Source: Flavobacteriales bacterium (lineage in GTDB: Bacteria; Bacteroidota; Bacteroidia; Flavobacteriales; BACL11). From it: a DNA stretch of 64,000 bases. Both the position numbers and the translations under genes were made by a program. Each line of letters begins with the position of its first letter. Positions within the stretch are counted from its first letter, which is position 1. The notes under the pieces were generated by a model. The model had not been told where the DNA came from. It worked only from the letters and a program-made list of their open reading frames with translations, and made no database searches. Of this stretch, positions 48,678 to 58,027 are shown piece after piece. The stretch is from the NCBI GenBank assembly GCA_002705205.1, contig PAHP01000007.1, positions 54,866-118,865 on the forward strand, given 5' to 3'.

Positions 48678-50624
48678 ATGAAAAGAATTTTACTTTCTGC
48701 GTGTGTATTGTTGTTTGCAACAGCAATTTTTGCACAGCAACAAAAGCAACAAGAAGTTGCAAACATGTTAGGGGAGCGTATTACAGAAAAGGTTGTGAAT
48801 ACTTCAACATTAGTAAATCCTGTTGTTACACCTTCAAATTCTGCATCTCCAACTAATATATATTCAGATGATTTCTCTAATCCAGCAAATTGGATAATAG
48901 AGCACGATCTAACATCTTGTGATTTAGACTGGCAGATAGGAACATACTCATGTCAAGGGTCTTACCCAATCAACGATATTGTTTCTACTACTGCTGCTAA
49001 TGGATATGCACTGATAGATTCTGATTTCTATGGTGGTGCTACTGGTGGAACTGAGATTGAAGACTGTTGGCTTACGATGGCAAATCCTGTTGATTTAAAT
49101 GGATATCCATATGTAGTTGTAGAATTTGAATCTCAATATAGAAGCTATAATGCTGAGCAAACATATATTGTTGTTGGAGTTGGTGATGGATCTGGAAATG
49201 TAACATGGCCAGACTTAACGCCAACAACTGATATTTCTACTATGAGTAATGTATTTAAGTGCTTTGATTATTCTAGTGGAGACCAAACAACTAATCCAGA
49301 ATTAGTTACAGTTGATATTAGCTCTGCTTTAGTTGGGTTAAGCTCAGTTGAGTTATCTGATATATATATCCGTTTTAATTGGACAGGTACTTGGGGTTAT
49401 GCATGGTTTGTTGATGATTTTGTAATTGCTGAGACTCCAGACAATGGTCTTTCATCAAAGAACGAAGTTATCGGAGGTTATTGGGTAGATTATAATAATT
49501 ATGTAGGGACAGGTTTAAATACGATAATTGGTTTAGACTATTCTCATACTCCTCAATCACAATTAGCAAATCATCCATTTGTATTTGAGTCTATCTTAAA
49601 AAATACAGGAATAGCTACACAAAGTGTTGTTTTACATTACGATGTTACTGGTGCTGGATCAGCATCAGGTATGTCAGCTGCTGTAGATTTAGTTTCTCAA
49701 GAAGAGCAGGCCTTTTCAGCATCGCCTGCATTTGGAGATGCAACTACTCCAATTGGAAGTTATAATGTTGATATTTGGGGCGAGGCAGATTCTGTGGGTG
49801 CTGGAATTACCATAACAACATTGCCTCCAGTAACAATACCATTTGATGTCACACAATATATATATGGAAAAGATTTAGGATCAGCAACGCAAACAAGTGC
49901 ATATATTCTTGGTGGTGCTGGAGATCAAAATCATATTACTACTAGGTATGAAATGTATGCTGATGAACAATTATATTCTGCTAGAGCATTTATTGATGAC
50001 AGATCTACTGTAGGGTCTGTGATAAGAGCTGTTATATATGAGGTAGATACTACCGCTACATCTAGTGTTATTATATTAGATGAATCCGATCCTTATGTAA
50101 TTCAAGGGCTTGATTTAGGTTCTTGGATTGATATACCTTTTATCACTCCTACTACTTTAATTAATGGGTATGCATATGAACTTGGAATTGCAGGTTTTCA
50201 ACATCCTACCGATACTTCCTATATAGGAGTTAATGGGCCAATGATGTATGCTGGAGAGCATAGTTCGTTTGATGAACTTGGTTTAAGTACTCAATCAGCT
50301 GGAAGTCCAACTTGGTATTACGTTACGCAATGTCCAATGATAAGAATGAATTTTGACCCTTCAACTATTAGTAATATTAATAATTTAAGTCAGACTGGGT
50401 TTAATATATATCCTAATCCTTCAAATGGAATATTTACTATTTCTTTAGATGAGAATAAGAAGTATGATATTATTGTAAATAATATGTTAGGACAAACAGT
50501 TTATTCTTCAAGTATTAACACATCTTCAACGATTGTTGATTTAACAAGTTTTGATAAAGGTATTTATACTATAGAACTAAAAAATAACAACACAACTTAT
50601 ACTGAGAAGGTAGTTGTTGATTAG
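48678..50624 (+). CDS. T9SS type A CTD cargo, beta-rich adhesin-like protein (paralog 1)
   Basis: Signal peptide ending AQ; YSDDFS..W and YAWFVDD jelly-roll-like signatures; CTD IYPNPSNG...NMLGQ...GIY...EKVVVD. Confidence 0.85.
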   Translation: MKRILLSACVLLFATAIFAQQQKQQEVANMLGERITEKVVNTSTLVNPVVTPSNSASPTNIYSDDFSNPANWIIEHDLTSCDLDWQIGTYSCQGSYPINDIVSTTAANGYALIDSDFYGGATGGTEIEDCWLTMANPVDLNGYPYVVVEFESQYRSYNAEQTYIVVGVGDGSGNVTWPDLTPTTDISTMSNVFKCFDYSSGDQTTNPELVTVDISSALVGLSSVELSDIYIRFNWTGTWGYAWFVDDFVIAETPDNGLSSKNEVIGGYWVDYNNYVGTGLNTIIGLDYSHTPQSQLANHPFVFESILKNTGIATQSVVLHYDVTGAGSASGMSAAVDLVSQEEQAFSASPAFGDATTPIGSYNVDIWGEADSVGAGITITTLPPVTIPFDVTQYIYGKDLGSATQTSAYILGGAGDQNHITTRYEMYADEQLYSARAFIDDRSTVGSVIRAVIYEVDTTATSSVIILDESDPYVIQGLDLGSWIDIPFITPTTLINGYAYELGIAGFQHPTDTSYIGVNGPMMYAGEHSSFDELGLSTQSAGSPTWYYVTQCPMIRMNFDPSTISNINNLSQTGFNIYPNPSNGIFTISLDENKKYDIIVNNMLGQTVYSSSINTSSTIVDLTSFDKGIYTIELKNNNTTYTEKVVVD

Positions 50625-50644
50625 TTTATAGTTTATTGATTTTT

Positions 50645-50673
50645 AAAAGCCCGGGATCTTCCGGGCTTTTTTT
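50645..50673 (+). terminator. Intrinsic terminator
   Basis: AAAAGCCCGG-GATCTT-CCGGGCTTTTTTT. Confidence 0.85.
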
Positions 50674-50724
50674 ATGTTTTATTTTTAGTACTTTTACACT
50701 CTTAATAATTTAAATGTATAAAAA

Positions 50725-52659
50725 ATGAGAAAGATTTATATTTCAATTTGTTTCTTAGTAATTTCAGTTATTGCAATTGCTCAAGTTCAGTCAACAGTTA
50801 ATCAGATAGATTATAAGCAGGTTTTTAATCAAAATGAGTTTTTGAATGCACAAGGGGTTAGTTCTTCTAATAGTATGAATTCAGCTTCTCCAGTAAATAT
50901 TATTTGGGAAAGTGATTTCTCGGACCCTTCTGACTGGGTACTAGATAATAGTGGGCAAAACCCTCCAGATTATGGTTGGTCAATTGATGCAATTTCAAAT
51001 GGTTGGTGGAGTTCAAATGGTATTAATTCTACTTCAGGAGGTAATTTTGCAGAACTTTCTAATGGAGATGCATCAGTTGGGACGCAAGCAGGGGGAGTTG
51101 TGTATACTATGACTACTGCTCTACCAATTGATGTTTATGGTGCTATTGGCTCTTCAGATGCTACACTTTCTTTTGAGGAGTATGGAGCAAGGTTCTATGA
51201 TTTACAAGAGGTTCAGATTAGTACAGATGGAACTAATTTTGTGACGGTTGCAGATAATATGATATATAGTCGTCTAACTAATTTAGGAGGGGATCCTTAT
51301 ACAAATCCAACACTTAGGCAGATTAATCTTTGTTCGTATCTTGGTAATAATCCTACAAGTGTTTGGATCAGATTTAGTTGGACTTCAGCTTTAGATCTTC
51401 CTGTCACGGATCAGTATTATTATAATACTTGGATTACTTATGGTTGGTATATTGATGATGTTCAAATAGCGGAATCTCCAGCAAATAGAATTACTATGGA
51501 GGAGGAAGTTATCGGAGGATTCTGGCTAGATTATTTAAATTATACAGGCTCAGGGCTTAATTATATGGTTGGTTTAGATTATAGTGTAACGCCGCTTTCT
51601 CAGCTGCAGAACCATCCTTATTCAATAGAAGCAGTAGTTAAAAATGAAGGTACTGCAGAACAACATGTAGAGTTAGCATATGATGTTACTGGAACAGTTA
51701 TATCTAACTCATCATCTGCTGGAGTTGTTTTAAATCCTTGTGATAGTGTTTTGTTAGCAGCCTCTTTCTCTCCTACTGTAACAGGGCCATATTCAATAGA
51801 TATATCAGCTGTAGCTGATTCTGCAGGGGCAGGTATTACAACAACTGTATCTAATATAGAGAATAGAAATATTGAAGTTACAGATTATATTTACGGAAAA
51901 GATTTGGGTCTGCCGACATCTAATTCTTGGGTTATTGGAGGGCCTTCAGATCAGTGGCATTTAACAACTCGATATGAGATGTATGCGAATGAACAATTAT
52001 ATGCTCTCAGAGTATATATTACTGATGAATCTGTTGTTGGAGCAGAAGTAAAGGCTATTATATATGAGCTAGATACTACAGCTACAAATGGCCTTATGTT
52101 TTTAGATGAATCAGATCCTTATACAATTCAAGGGCTTGATTTAGGCTCTTGGGTTGATATCCCTTTTGTTAGTCCGATAACTTTATTGAATGGTTATGCA
52201 TATGAGTTTGGAATTGCTGGATTTCAACATCCATCAGATAGTGTTTCTGTTGGAATGTCAGGTGAAGCAATGTATAATGGAGAGCACAGCTTATTTGATG
52301 AATTAGGATTAAATCCTAACGACCCTGCTAATATAGGGACTCCAACTTGGTATTACATAACAAGCACTCCAATGGTAAGAATGAGTTTTGATGCATCTAC
52401 TCCAACTGCTGTTTCTAATTTTAAACAGACAGTTTTTAATGTGTATCCTAACCCTTCAAATGGGATATTTTCTATTACTTTAGATGATAATAAAGGCTAT
52501 GATATTACTGTAAATAATGTTTTAGGACAAACAGTTCTTGAAACAACTAGTTCAGAGATTAATACTATAATTGATCTAACTAGTTTTAATAAAGGCATTT
52601 ATACAATTGAATTACGTACCCAGAATCAATTTTTTAGCGAGAAGGTTATTTTAGAGTAA
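50725..52659 (+). CDS. T9SS type A CTD cargo, beta-rich adhesin-like protein (paralog 2)
   Basis: Signal peptide ending AQ; WESDFS..W, VQISTDG and YGWYIDDV; C-terminal half closely similar to paralog 1; CTD VYPNPSNG. Confidence 0.85.
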   Translation: MRKIYISICFLVISVIAIAQVQSTVNQIDYKQVFNQNEFLNAQGVSSSNSMNSASPVNIIWESDFSDPSDWVLDNSGQNPPDYGWSIDAISNGWWSSNGINSTSGGNFAELSNGDASVGTQAGGVVYTMTTALPIDVYGAIGSSDATLSFEEYGARFYDLQEVQISTDGTNFVTVADNMIYSRLTNLGGDPYTNPTLRQINLCSYLGNNPTSVWIRFSWTSALDLPVTDQYYYNTWITYGWYIDDVQIAESPANRITMEEEVIGGFWLDYLNYTGSGLNYMVGLDYSVTPLSQLQNHPYSIEAVVKNEGTAEQHVELAYDVTGTVISNSSSAGVVLNPCDSVLLAASFSPTVTGPYSIDISAVADSAGAGITTTVSNIENRNIEVTDYIYGKDLGLPTSNSWVIGGPSDQWHLTTRYEMYANEQLYALRVYITDESVVGAEVKAIIYELDTTATNGLMFLDESDPYTIQGLDLGSWVDIPFVSPITLLNGYAYEFGIAGFQHPSDSVSVGMSGEAMYNGEHSLFDELGLNPNDPANIGTPTWYYITSTPMVRMSFDASTPTAVSNFKQTVFNVYPNPSNGIFSITLDDNKGYDITVNNVLGQTVLETTSSEINTIIDLTSFNKGIYTIELRTQNQFFSEKVILE

Positions 52660-52679
52660 TATTAATATATAAAGTAGAT

Positions 52680-52711
52680 TAAAAAAACCCACTCATGAGT
52701 GGGTTTTTTTA
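52680..52711. terminator. Bidirectional terminator (32-bp perfect palindrome)
   Basis: TAAAAAAACCCACTCATGAGTGGGTTTTTTTA between the convergent T9SS gene and tRNA. Confidence 0.85.
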
Positions 52712-52713
52712 TG

Positions 52714-52786
52714 TGGTGCTACCAAGATTCGAACTAGGGACACATGGATTTTCAGTCCATTGCTCTACCAACTGAGCTATAGCACC
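52714..52786 (-). tRNA. tRNA-Phe (GAA)
   Basis: Reverse complement GGTGCTATAGCTCAGTTGGTAGAGCAATGGACTGAAAATCCATGTGTCCCTAGTTCGAATCTTGGTAGCACCA folds as a cloverleaf with anticodon GAA; CCA not encoded. TAAATTTG box at 52802-52809. Confidence 0.97.
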
Positions 52787-52894
52787 AACTTAATTGGGCT
52801 GCAAATTTAATTTTTTTTTTTATTTAAAGAAATATTTTATGCAAATCCTCATAAGGGATTGTAATTTTATACTTTTGACAAAAAGTAGAATCCG

Positions 52895-53611
52895 TTGAAA
52901 CTAGTAATAGATATAGGTAACACTAATACAAAGCTTGCATTATTTGATAATAAAACGGCTATTAAGTTTTCTAATATTTATCAATGTAAGTTAAGAGAGG
53001 TTCAAGAATTTGTTGAGAAAGTAGTTATTACATCTTCTATTATTTCATCTGTTAAAGAGCTTAATTCTGAAATATTACGTGTTGCTTCTTATTTTAATGC
53101 TATTATTTTTTCATATGAAACGCCTGTTCCTATTATTAATAATTATAAAACGCCAGAGACATTAGGTAAGGATAGATTAGCAGCTGTTGTCGGAGCTGCT
53201 TTTTTGTACCCAGAAAACGATATTTTGGTTTTTGATGCAGGAACTTGTTTAACGATTGATTTTATTAATATTAGAAATGAATATATAGGAGGAAGGATAT
53301 CTCCAGGAATTGAAATGAGGTTTAAGGCTCTAAATACTTTTACTGATAAGTTACCGTTAGTTCAGCAAGAAAAAATTAGTAATATAATTGGAGAAGATAC
53401 TAATTCTTCGATTATTTCTGGAGTTCAAAGAGGGGTTCTGGCAGAGGTAGAGTTAATAATATCTGAGTATAAATTACAGAATCCTGATATAATTTCAGTA
53501 GTAACAGGAGGTGATTGCTTTTTCTTTGAAAAGGCATTAAAAAATAGCATATTTGCAAACCCAAACTTAGTATTGGTTGGGTTAAATGAAATTTTAGATT
53601 ATAATGAATAA
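52895..53611 (+). CDS. coaX: Type III pantothenate kinase
   Basis: IDIGNTNTK, TLGKDR, DAGTCLT.D, GGRISPG and TGGD; TTG start with TACTTTTG box at 52870-52877. Confidence 0.95.
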   Translation: MKLVIDIGNTNTKLALFDNKTAIKFSNIYQCKLREVQEFVEKVVITSSIISSVKELNSEILRVASYFNAIIFSYETPVPIINNYKTPETLGKDRLAAVVGAAFLYPENDILVFDAGTCLTIDFINIRNEYIGGRISPGIEMRFKALNTFTDKLPLVQQEKISNIIGEDTNSSIISGVQRGVLAEVELIISEYKLQNPDIISVVTGGDCFFFEKALKNSIFANPNLVLVGLNEILDYNE

Positions 53612-54845
53612 GTTTTTAAGTATAGTTATCGTTTTTTCAGCTGTTATAAGTAATGTTTATTCACAGATAGCTACAAGTTCTCCGTATTCTCGTTTCGGAC
53701 TCGGAGAATTACAGGAGAGTATTTTACCTCAATATAATGCTTTTGGAGGTGCCTCTACTGCTATAACTAATTCAAATAGTGTGAATCCGAATAATCCTGC
53801 TACTTATACAAGTTTTGGCCCAAATTCTTTTTTACTCTCTACAGGAGGCTGGCATCAAACTACAAGAATGCAGAATATAAATGTAGATCAGATAGTTAAT
53901 AATAATGCTTTTAGTCATTTGATCTTAGGTTTTCCAATTAATAGAAAATTGGGGGCTAGTATTGGAATGATTCCTTTTAGTAATATTGGCTATGAAATAA
54001 ATGCTCGTGATAATGATTATAATGCTGATATGAATTATTATGGTGACGGAGGCATTAGTAATATATATTTTGGAGGAGCTTATGCGCTTTCTAACTCTTT
54101 CTCAATTGGATTAAATGCTTCTTATTTATTTGGAGGTCTTAACAGAAGAAAACAATTGGTTTATGATGATGATTCTTTTCTAACTAGTAAATCAAATAGT
54201 AAAATAAATTTGAAGGGATACTATTATGAGTTAGGATTGTTATATGAAAAGATGATAAATGAGAATGATGCCTTTTCAATAGGTTTTTTGGCGAATAATA
54301 ACTCTTTAATAAGAGCTAAGAGATCAGAAATCGTATTCTCAGAATTAGATGGTGAACAACAAGATATTTTTGTAGATGATACAGAATGGGGATATATAAA
54401 CTTACCTAGAAATACTAGTTGTGGGATATCATATAATAAAGATAAAAAATGGCTTCTTGTTGCAGATTACAATCTTCAAGATTGGGCTGATTATAGAATG
54501 TTTGATGAGAGCGATAATCTCGCAAATAGTAGTAGGATATCTGCAGGAATACAATATACTCCTGATTATAATTCAGTAACAAAATATTATAAAAGAGTAG
54601 ATTATCGATTCGGAGGTTCATATAGTAATACACCATTACAGTTTGATAACAGGCAGTTAATCGAAAAGAGTATAAGTTTTGGCTTTGGAATTCCAGTAAA
54701 AAAATCTAGAACAAAATATGATTTTTCATGTACATTAGGGCAGAGAGGGACCTTAGAAGGTAAATTAATAAAAGAACAATTTATAAGATTAGGCCTTAGC
54801 GTATCTTATGATGGAATTTGGTTTGTAAAAAGAAAATATGATTAA
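53604..54845 (+). CDS. Outer-membrane beta-barrel protein (FadL/OmpP1-like), conserved next to coaX and lptC in Bacteroidota
   Basis: Signal peptide; SPYSRFGLGE, NP.NPA, PFSNIGY and SFGFGIP; ends WFVKRKYD. Confidence 0.75.
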   Translation: MNKFLSIVIVFSAVISNVYSQIATSSPYSRFGLGELQESILPQYNAFGGASTAITNSNSVNPNNPATYTSFGPNSFLLSTGGWHQTTRMQNINVDQIVNNNAFSHLILGFPINRKLGASIGMIPFSNIGYEINARDNDYNADMNYYGDGGISNIYFGGAYALSNSFSIGLNASYLFGGLNRRKQLVYDDDSFLTSKSNSKINLKGYYYELGLLYEKMINENDAFSIGFLANNNSLIRAKRSEIVFSELDGEQQDIFVDDTEWGYINLPRNTSCGISYNKDKKWLLVADYNLQDWADYRMFDESDNLANSSRISAGIQYTPDYNSVTKYYKRVDYRFGGSYSNTPLQFDNRQLIEKSISFGFGIPVKKSRTKYDFSCTLGQRGTLEGKLIKEQFIRLGLSVSYDGIWFVKRKYD

Positions 54846-54852
54846 TAATAAG

Positions 54853-56139
54853 ATGACAAAAAAAATAATAATCTTAATAGTAGCATTTCTAGTAGTTTTA
54901 AATGTAAATGCTCAAGGAAAGTATGGCACAGATGAACAAAAATGCAAGGAAAACTTATCTCTTTATAGAGAGTATTATAAGCAAAAGAATTATGCTGATG
55001 CTTTAGCTTCATGGAGATGGGCTTATAATAATTGCCCGCAAGCAAGTGGTAATATTTATAAAAATGGCCCAAAAATAATTAAAGAAAGAATGAAGCTTGA
55101 TACAGAAAATAAATCAGATTATATTGATACCTTAATGATGATTTTTGATCAGAGGATTCAATATTTTGGGAAGGAAGGATATGTACTTGGTCTTAAGGGG
55201 TATGAATTGATTGGGGTTGATAGATCTAGAAGTGAGGAAGCTTTAGGTTATTTAAAGACTTCGTTAGATTTAGAAGGTAATAATGCGTCTGTTCAAGCTG
55301 TTTATGGATATATGAGAGCGATGGTTAATCTAGAAAAATCTGGAGATAAAACGAAATCTGATGTATTAGAAGCCTATACTCTTTTGTCTGAGATAATTGA
55401 TTTTAATATTATGAACGAATCAAAAGTCACAAAGAATTTCATTAAGTATTCTGAGAAGATTGAAGATTTATTTACACCATATGCAAATTGTGATGATTTG
55501 TTAGATTTATTTTCTCAGAAATTTGATGCCTCAAGCGAAGATATTAATTATTTAAGAAGAATTACGAAAGTATTGGAGAATAAGAAGTGTACTAATTCAG
55601 TTCTATTTTTCAATGCCTCAAGTAGGTTATATGAATTAGATCCATCTGCAGCATCTGCGGATCAGATGTCAAAGATGAGTATTTCAAAAGGGAAATCATC
55701 GGATGCAATTGCTTTTTCAAAGAGCGCAGTAGAATTAGAGGAAGATGCAAGTACAAAAGCAAAATATTATTTAGGATTAGCTGATGCTTACCGATCGGCT
55801 GGGTCTTATGTTTCAGCAAGAAGTGCTGTTTATAGTGCTTTAGAACTTAGGAGTGGATGGGGAGAGGCATATATGAGTCTTGGGAATATTTATGTAGCAG
55901 GAGCAAAATCTTGTGGTAATACTTTTGATAATTCTACTGTATATTGGGTAGCGGTTGATTCCTTTAAACAAGCATTGTCTGATGAAGAAACAAAAGAAAA
56001 GGCATCGAAGAGTATAAATACCTATTCTAAATATTTTCCAACTAAAGAAAATTGTTTTTTTAATGGAATTAATTCAGGAAGTAAACATACTATTTCTTGT
56101 TGGATAAATAAAACTACAACTGTTAGAACTAGTGATTAG
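54853..56139 (+). CDS. Exported TPR-repeat protein
   Basis: Signal peptide ending AQ; helical TPR-like repeats (NYADALASW, KAKYYLGLA, GEAYMSLGNIY); C-terminal YFP...F...CWI. Confidence 0.8.
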   Translation: MTKKIIILIVAFLVVLNVNAQGKYGTDEQKCKENLSLYREYYKQKNYADALASWRWAYNNCPQASGNIYKNGPKIIKERMKLDTENKSDYIDTLMMIFDQRIQYFGKEGYVLGLKGYELIGVDRSRSEEALGYLKTSLDLEGNNASVQAVYGYMRAMVNLEKSGDKTKSDVLEAYTLLSEIIDFNIMNESKVTKNFIKYSEKIEDLFTPYANCDDLLDLFSQKFDASSEDINYLRRITKVLENKKCTNSVLFFNASSRLYELDPSAASADQMSKMSISKGKSSDAIAFSKSAVELEEDASTKAKYYLGLADAYRSAGSYVSARSAVYSALELRSGWGEAYMSLGNIYVAGAKSCGNTFDNSTVYWVAVDSFKQALSDEETKEKASKSINTYSKYFPTKENCFFNGINSGSKHTISCWINKTTTVRTSD

Positions 56140-56148
56140 TTTAAAGAT

Positions 56149-56679
56149 ATGCGATTCTGGTTTTTAATAAGTCTTGTATTTTTTTCATGTTCTAATGATC
56201 CTGCGATTGTAAAGGAATTCATTTCCTTTGATGATCTTCCAGTTGAGAAAATGAAAGATGCTGAGATTCTCCATACTGAGGCTGGTATTTTAAAGGTGAA
56301 GATAATTGCTACTACTATTGAAAGATACCAGAATAAGCAGCCACAATTAATCTTGTCAAATGGTTTAAAAGTTATTTTTTATAATGATACAGTTATGAAA
56401 TCAGTTCTTGAAGCTGAATATGCTGAGATTAATGAGCAAGAAAAGATAATGACAGCATCTAATAATGTTATTCTGACTTCTTCTAATGGAAAAAGGTTAG
56501 AAACAGAAGAATTAATATGGGATGAAAAGGAAAGTAAAATCTATACTAATAAAAAGATAGTTATTACTACTGAAAAAGAGATGATTGAAGGAGAAGGGTT
56601 TATTTCTAATCCTGATTTCACTGAATATTCAATCTCTAAGGTTCATGGGACATTTGATTTTGGAACGTCTACTGAATAA
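56149..56679 (+). CDS. lptC: LPS export periplasmic protein LptC (Bacteroidota lipoprotein type)
   Basis: Lipobox FFS-C; GLKVIFY, LETEELIWD and GEGF.SN.DF; beta-jellyroll character. Confidence 0.85.
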   Translation: MRFWFLISLVFFSCSNDPAIVKEFISFDDLPVEKMKDAEILHTEAGILKVKIIATTIERYQNKQPQLILSNGLKVIFYNDTVMKSVLEAEYAEINEQEKIMTASNNVILTSSNGKRLETEELIWDEKESKIYTNKKIVITTEKEMIEGEGFISNPDFTEYSISKVHGTFDFGTSTE

Positions 56680-56698
56680 TCTTTAGTATCTTTACAAT

Positions 56699-57955
56699 AT
56701 GCTTATTGCTATCGCACTTATTTCTTTATTATTTTCAGCTTTTTTCTCAGGAGTAGAAATTGCCTTTATTTCAGCAAATAAACTTCAGCTTGAATTAGAT
56801 AAAAGTAAGGGCAAGTTTTCATCGAACATGATAGCTTTTTTTTGTAAAAATGAATCAGATTTTATTACTACTATGCTTGTTGGTAATAATATTTCCTTAG
56901 TTGTCTATGGTATTGTTATGACTCAGATATTATCACCTAGTCTGCAATTATTTCTCAATTCGTATTTACTTTTATTATTAGCACAAACAATCATTACTAC
57001 ATTAATTGTTTTAGTAACAGCTGAGTTCTTGCCAAAAGCAATCTTTAGAATATTTCCAAATCAGATCTTGAATATATTTTCAATACCTATTTGGTTATTT
57101 TTTATAATTCTTAGGCCAATAGCGCTTCTTATGTTAAATATAGCAAATGTTTTATTAAAGCATGTATTAAAACAGAATATTGCTGAGGATAAACAAGTAT
57201 TCGGGAAAACAGATTTAGATGACTTTCTAAGTAATGTTAAGTCAGCAGAAGGCGTTGAGGATTCTCGAGTAGAAGTAGAAATGCTTCAGAATGCTTTGGA
57301 TTTATCTGACAAGAAAATAAGAGAATGTATGATACCAAGGACTGAGATAATTGCTTTTGATGTTTCATCTTCTATCAATGAAATAAAAGAGATGTTTGTT
57401 AATACTAAATTATCAAAACTGCTCGTATACAAGGGTAATATTGATAAAATTATTGGCTATGTTCATTCTTCAGATCTGTTTAAGTCCCCTAAAAATGTAA
57501 GGTCAGTTTTATTGCCTATTCAATTTGTTCCTGAGAGCATGAAAGCTATGGAGCTATTAAATCAATTTATTGAAAGTAATAAAGGGATTGCTGTAGTTGT
57601 TGATGAATTTGGAGGTACATCGGGAATAATAACTATTGAAGATGTTACTGAAGAGATTGTTGGTGAGATTGTTGATGAGCATGATGATGATGAGGTTGTA
57701 GATCGTAAGATTGATGAAACGACTTTTGTTTTATTTGGCAGAAGTTATGTTGATAATATTAATAAGAGATATAATATTAATCTTCCTGAATCTGATGAGT
57801 ATGAGACGATTGCAGGTTTATTATTAAGCTATTTTGAGGAGATTCCGCAAAAAGATGATGTAATTAAGCTTGAAGATTACCATTTTACTATTACAAGTGT
57901 AAATAAAACAACAATTCAGGAGGTCAAATTGGTTATTTTACTAGATTCAGACTGA
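56699..57955 (+). CDS. Hemolysin/CorC-family CNNM-CBS-CorC domain membrane protein
   Basis: SAFFSGVEIAF, LVGNN, AEFLPK, MIPRTEI, VVDEFGGTSG..T.ED and YETIAG. Confidence 0.92.
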   Translation: MLIAIALISLLFSAFFSGVEIAFISANKLQLELDKSKGKFSSNMIAFFCKNESDFITTMLVGNNISLVVYGIVMTQILSPSLQLFLNSYLLLLLAQTIITTLIVLVTAEFLPKAIFRIFPNQILNIFSIPIWLFFIILRPIALLMLNIANVLLKHVLKQNIAEDKQVFGKTDLDDFLSNVKSAEGVEDSRVEVEMLQNALDLSDKKIRECMIPRTEIIAFDVSSSINEIKEMFVNTKLSKLLVYKGNIDKIIGYVHSSDLFKSPKNVRSVLLPIQFVPESMKAMELLNQFIESNKGIAVVVDEFGGTSGIITIEDVTEEIVGEIVDEHDDDEVVDRKIDETTFVLFGRSYVDNINKRYNINLPESDEYETIAGLLLSYFEEIPQKDDVIKLEDYHFTITSVNKTTIQEVKLVILLDSD

Positions 57956-58027
57956 AAATAGTTTGATATTTTAATATCTAAAATAACAATTGTATATTCG
58001 CAAACTTTAATAAAATCAAAATAAAGA

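Noticed and set aside
48611..48856. 81-aa Cys-rich ORF in another frame over the start of paralog 1
   Set aside because: Starts at the TTG of the predicted -33 element, upstream of the promoter box, and overlaps a well-supported signal-peptide coding region.
52680..52711. 32-bp perfect palindrome as a REP, MITE or CRISPR repeat
   Set aside because: Single copy in the window; its position between convergent genes and its A/T tails fit a bidirectional terminator.
48590..52786. Integrative element at tRNA-Phe
   Set aside because: No integrase or transposase, and no duplicated tRNA 3' end (att site) was found near the gcvP boundary.
8164..56139. Nearly all cleavable signal peptides are followed by Gln (AQ, SQ, GQ)
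   Set aside because: This is the known Bacteroidota Q-rule (N-terminal pyroglutamate); it supports the taxonomy but is not novel.
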